DNA of 64,000 nt from Eledone cirrhosa (lineage: Eukaryota). The translations under genes and the position numbers were made by a program. The stretch is from contig OZ024744.1 in assembly GCA_964016885.1 (NCBI GenBank), forward strand, positions 102,920,001-102,984,000. The letters are read 5' to 3'. How positions within the stretch are numbered: position 1 is the first letter of the stretch; each line of letters starts with the position of its first letter. Shown here piece by piece: positions 63,401 to 64,000 of the stretch. The notes under the pieces were generated by a model. The model saw nothing but the letters and a program-made list of their open reading frames with translations, had not been told where the DNA came from and did not search any database.

Positions 63401-64000
63401 CATGAAACTAGAAAGTAACCAGCCTACTCTTTGAAGTGGTCCTGTTGCCATTAAACTAAAAAGTAACCAGTCTACTGTTTAAAGTGGTCCTGCTGCCATG
63501 AAACTAAAAAGTAGTCAGTCTACTGTTTAAAGTGGCCCTGCTTCCATGAAACTAAAAAGTAGTCAGTATACTGTTTAAAGTGGTCCTGCTGCCATGAAAC
63601 TAAAAAGTAAACAGACCACTGTTTAAAGTGGTCCTGCTCCCATGAAACTAAAAAGTAACCAGTCTACTGCTTAAAGTGGTACTGTTGCCATGAAACTAAA
63701 AAGCAGTCAGTCTACTGTTTAAAGTGGTCCTGTTGCCATTAAACTCAAAAGTAACCAGTCTACTGCTTAATGTGGTCCTCTTGCAATGAAACTAAAAAGT
63801 AGTCAGTCTACTGTTTAAAGTGGTCCTGCTGCCATGAAACTAAAAAGTAGTCAGTCTACTGTTTAAAGTGGTCCTGCTGCCATGAAACTAAAAAGTAACC
63901 AGTCCACTGTTTAAAGTGGTCCTGCTGCCATGAAACTAAAAAGTAACCAGTCCACTGTTTAAAGTGGTCCTGCTGCCATGAAACTAAAAAGTAACCAGTC
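57482..64000 (+). repeat. Right flank sub-domain (variant family 1), variable higher-order repeat of about 20-25 monomers
   Basis: CCTCTTGCAATG, CAGACC, CTAGAAAG/CCTACTCTTT and CCAGCTGCC/AAGGAG return. The 49-bp CAGTTCCAC monomer recurs at 57321, 58378 and 59339 (spacings 1057 and 961 bp, or 22 and 20 monomers). Confidence 0.8.

Larger units (their letters stand above)
1..64000 (+). repeat. 48-bp tandem satellite array, about 1,330 monomers, running off both window edges
   Basis: The first monomer CCTGTTGCCATTAAACTAAAAAGTAACCAGTCTACTGTTTAAAGTGGT spans 1-48 and the next starts at 49. The period holds throughout, with occasional 47- and 49-bp monomers. The 16-aa periodicity of the ORF translation agrees. 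Main dimorphic sites: CTGCTG/CTGTTG, GTAGTC/GTAACC, TCTAC/TCCAC. Confidence 0.99.

Noticed and set aside
1-64000. CRISPR-like array (conserved repeat plus variable segment)
   Set aside because: The variable part is only 1-3 nt variation of one sequence. There are no unique spacers, no leader and no cas genes.
1-64000. Large repetitive protein gene, since 48 bp is a multiple of 3 and most monomers contain CCATGAAA
   Set aside because: Plus-strand frames meet TAA/TGA/TAG stops every one or two monomers, 47- and 49-bp monomers shift frame, and the ORF track shows nothing long.
1-64000. Assignment to a named satellite or organism, CENP-B box, telomeric repeat, or nucleosome phasing (3 x 48 = 144 bp)
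   Set aside because: I do not recognise the family, and a Dfam/Repbase/BLAST search is needed. The consensus lacks the CpGs of a CENP-B box, there are no TTAGGG-type repeats, and no trimer periodicity of variants is visible.

Overview
The whole 64 kb window is one uninterrupted tandem satellite array of a 48-bp monomer, about 1,330 copies (consensus CCTGYTGCCATGAAACTAAAAAGTA[GT/AC]CAGTCYACTGTTTAAAGTGGT). I see no credible gene, RNA gene, transposon or CRISPR array, and the single ORF is a read-through of the repeat. I cannot assign the organism or a named satellite family; a eukaryotic satellite is an inference. The interest lies in the internal architecture, read from rare monomer variants. 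(1) Two flanks (about 1-15.5 kb and 57.5-64 kb) share one variant set and surround a core (about 15.6-57.5 kb) with a different set. (2) The core holds nested tandem duplications of about 16 kb, 6,283 bp and 1,823 bp, whose order can be worked out. (3) Two matching 305-bp inverted inserts (32194-32498 and 54436-54740) have an unusual A-s'-A'-B'-s'-B structure: the same 17-nt spacer lies at both junctions, bounded by TAAA/TTTA microhomology, and a 239-bp-arm palindrome results. (4) The monomer carries overlapping imperfect dyads, and several recurrent variants perfect them. All offsets were measured by eye from marker variants, not by computed alignment.
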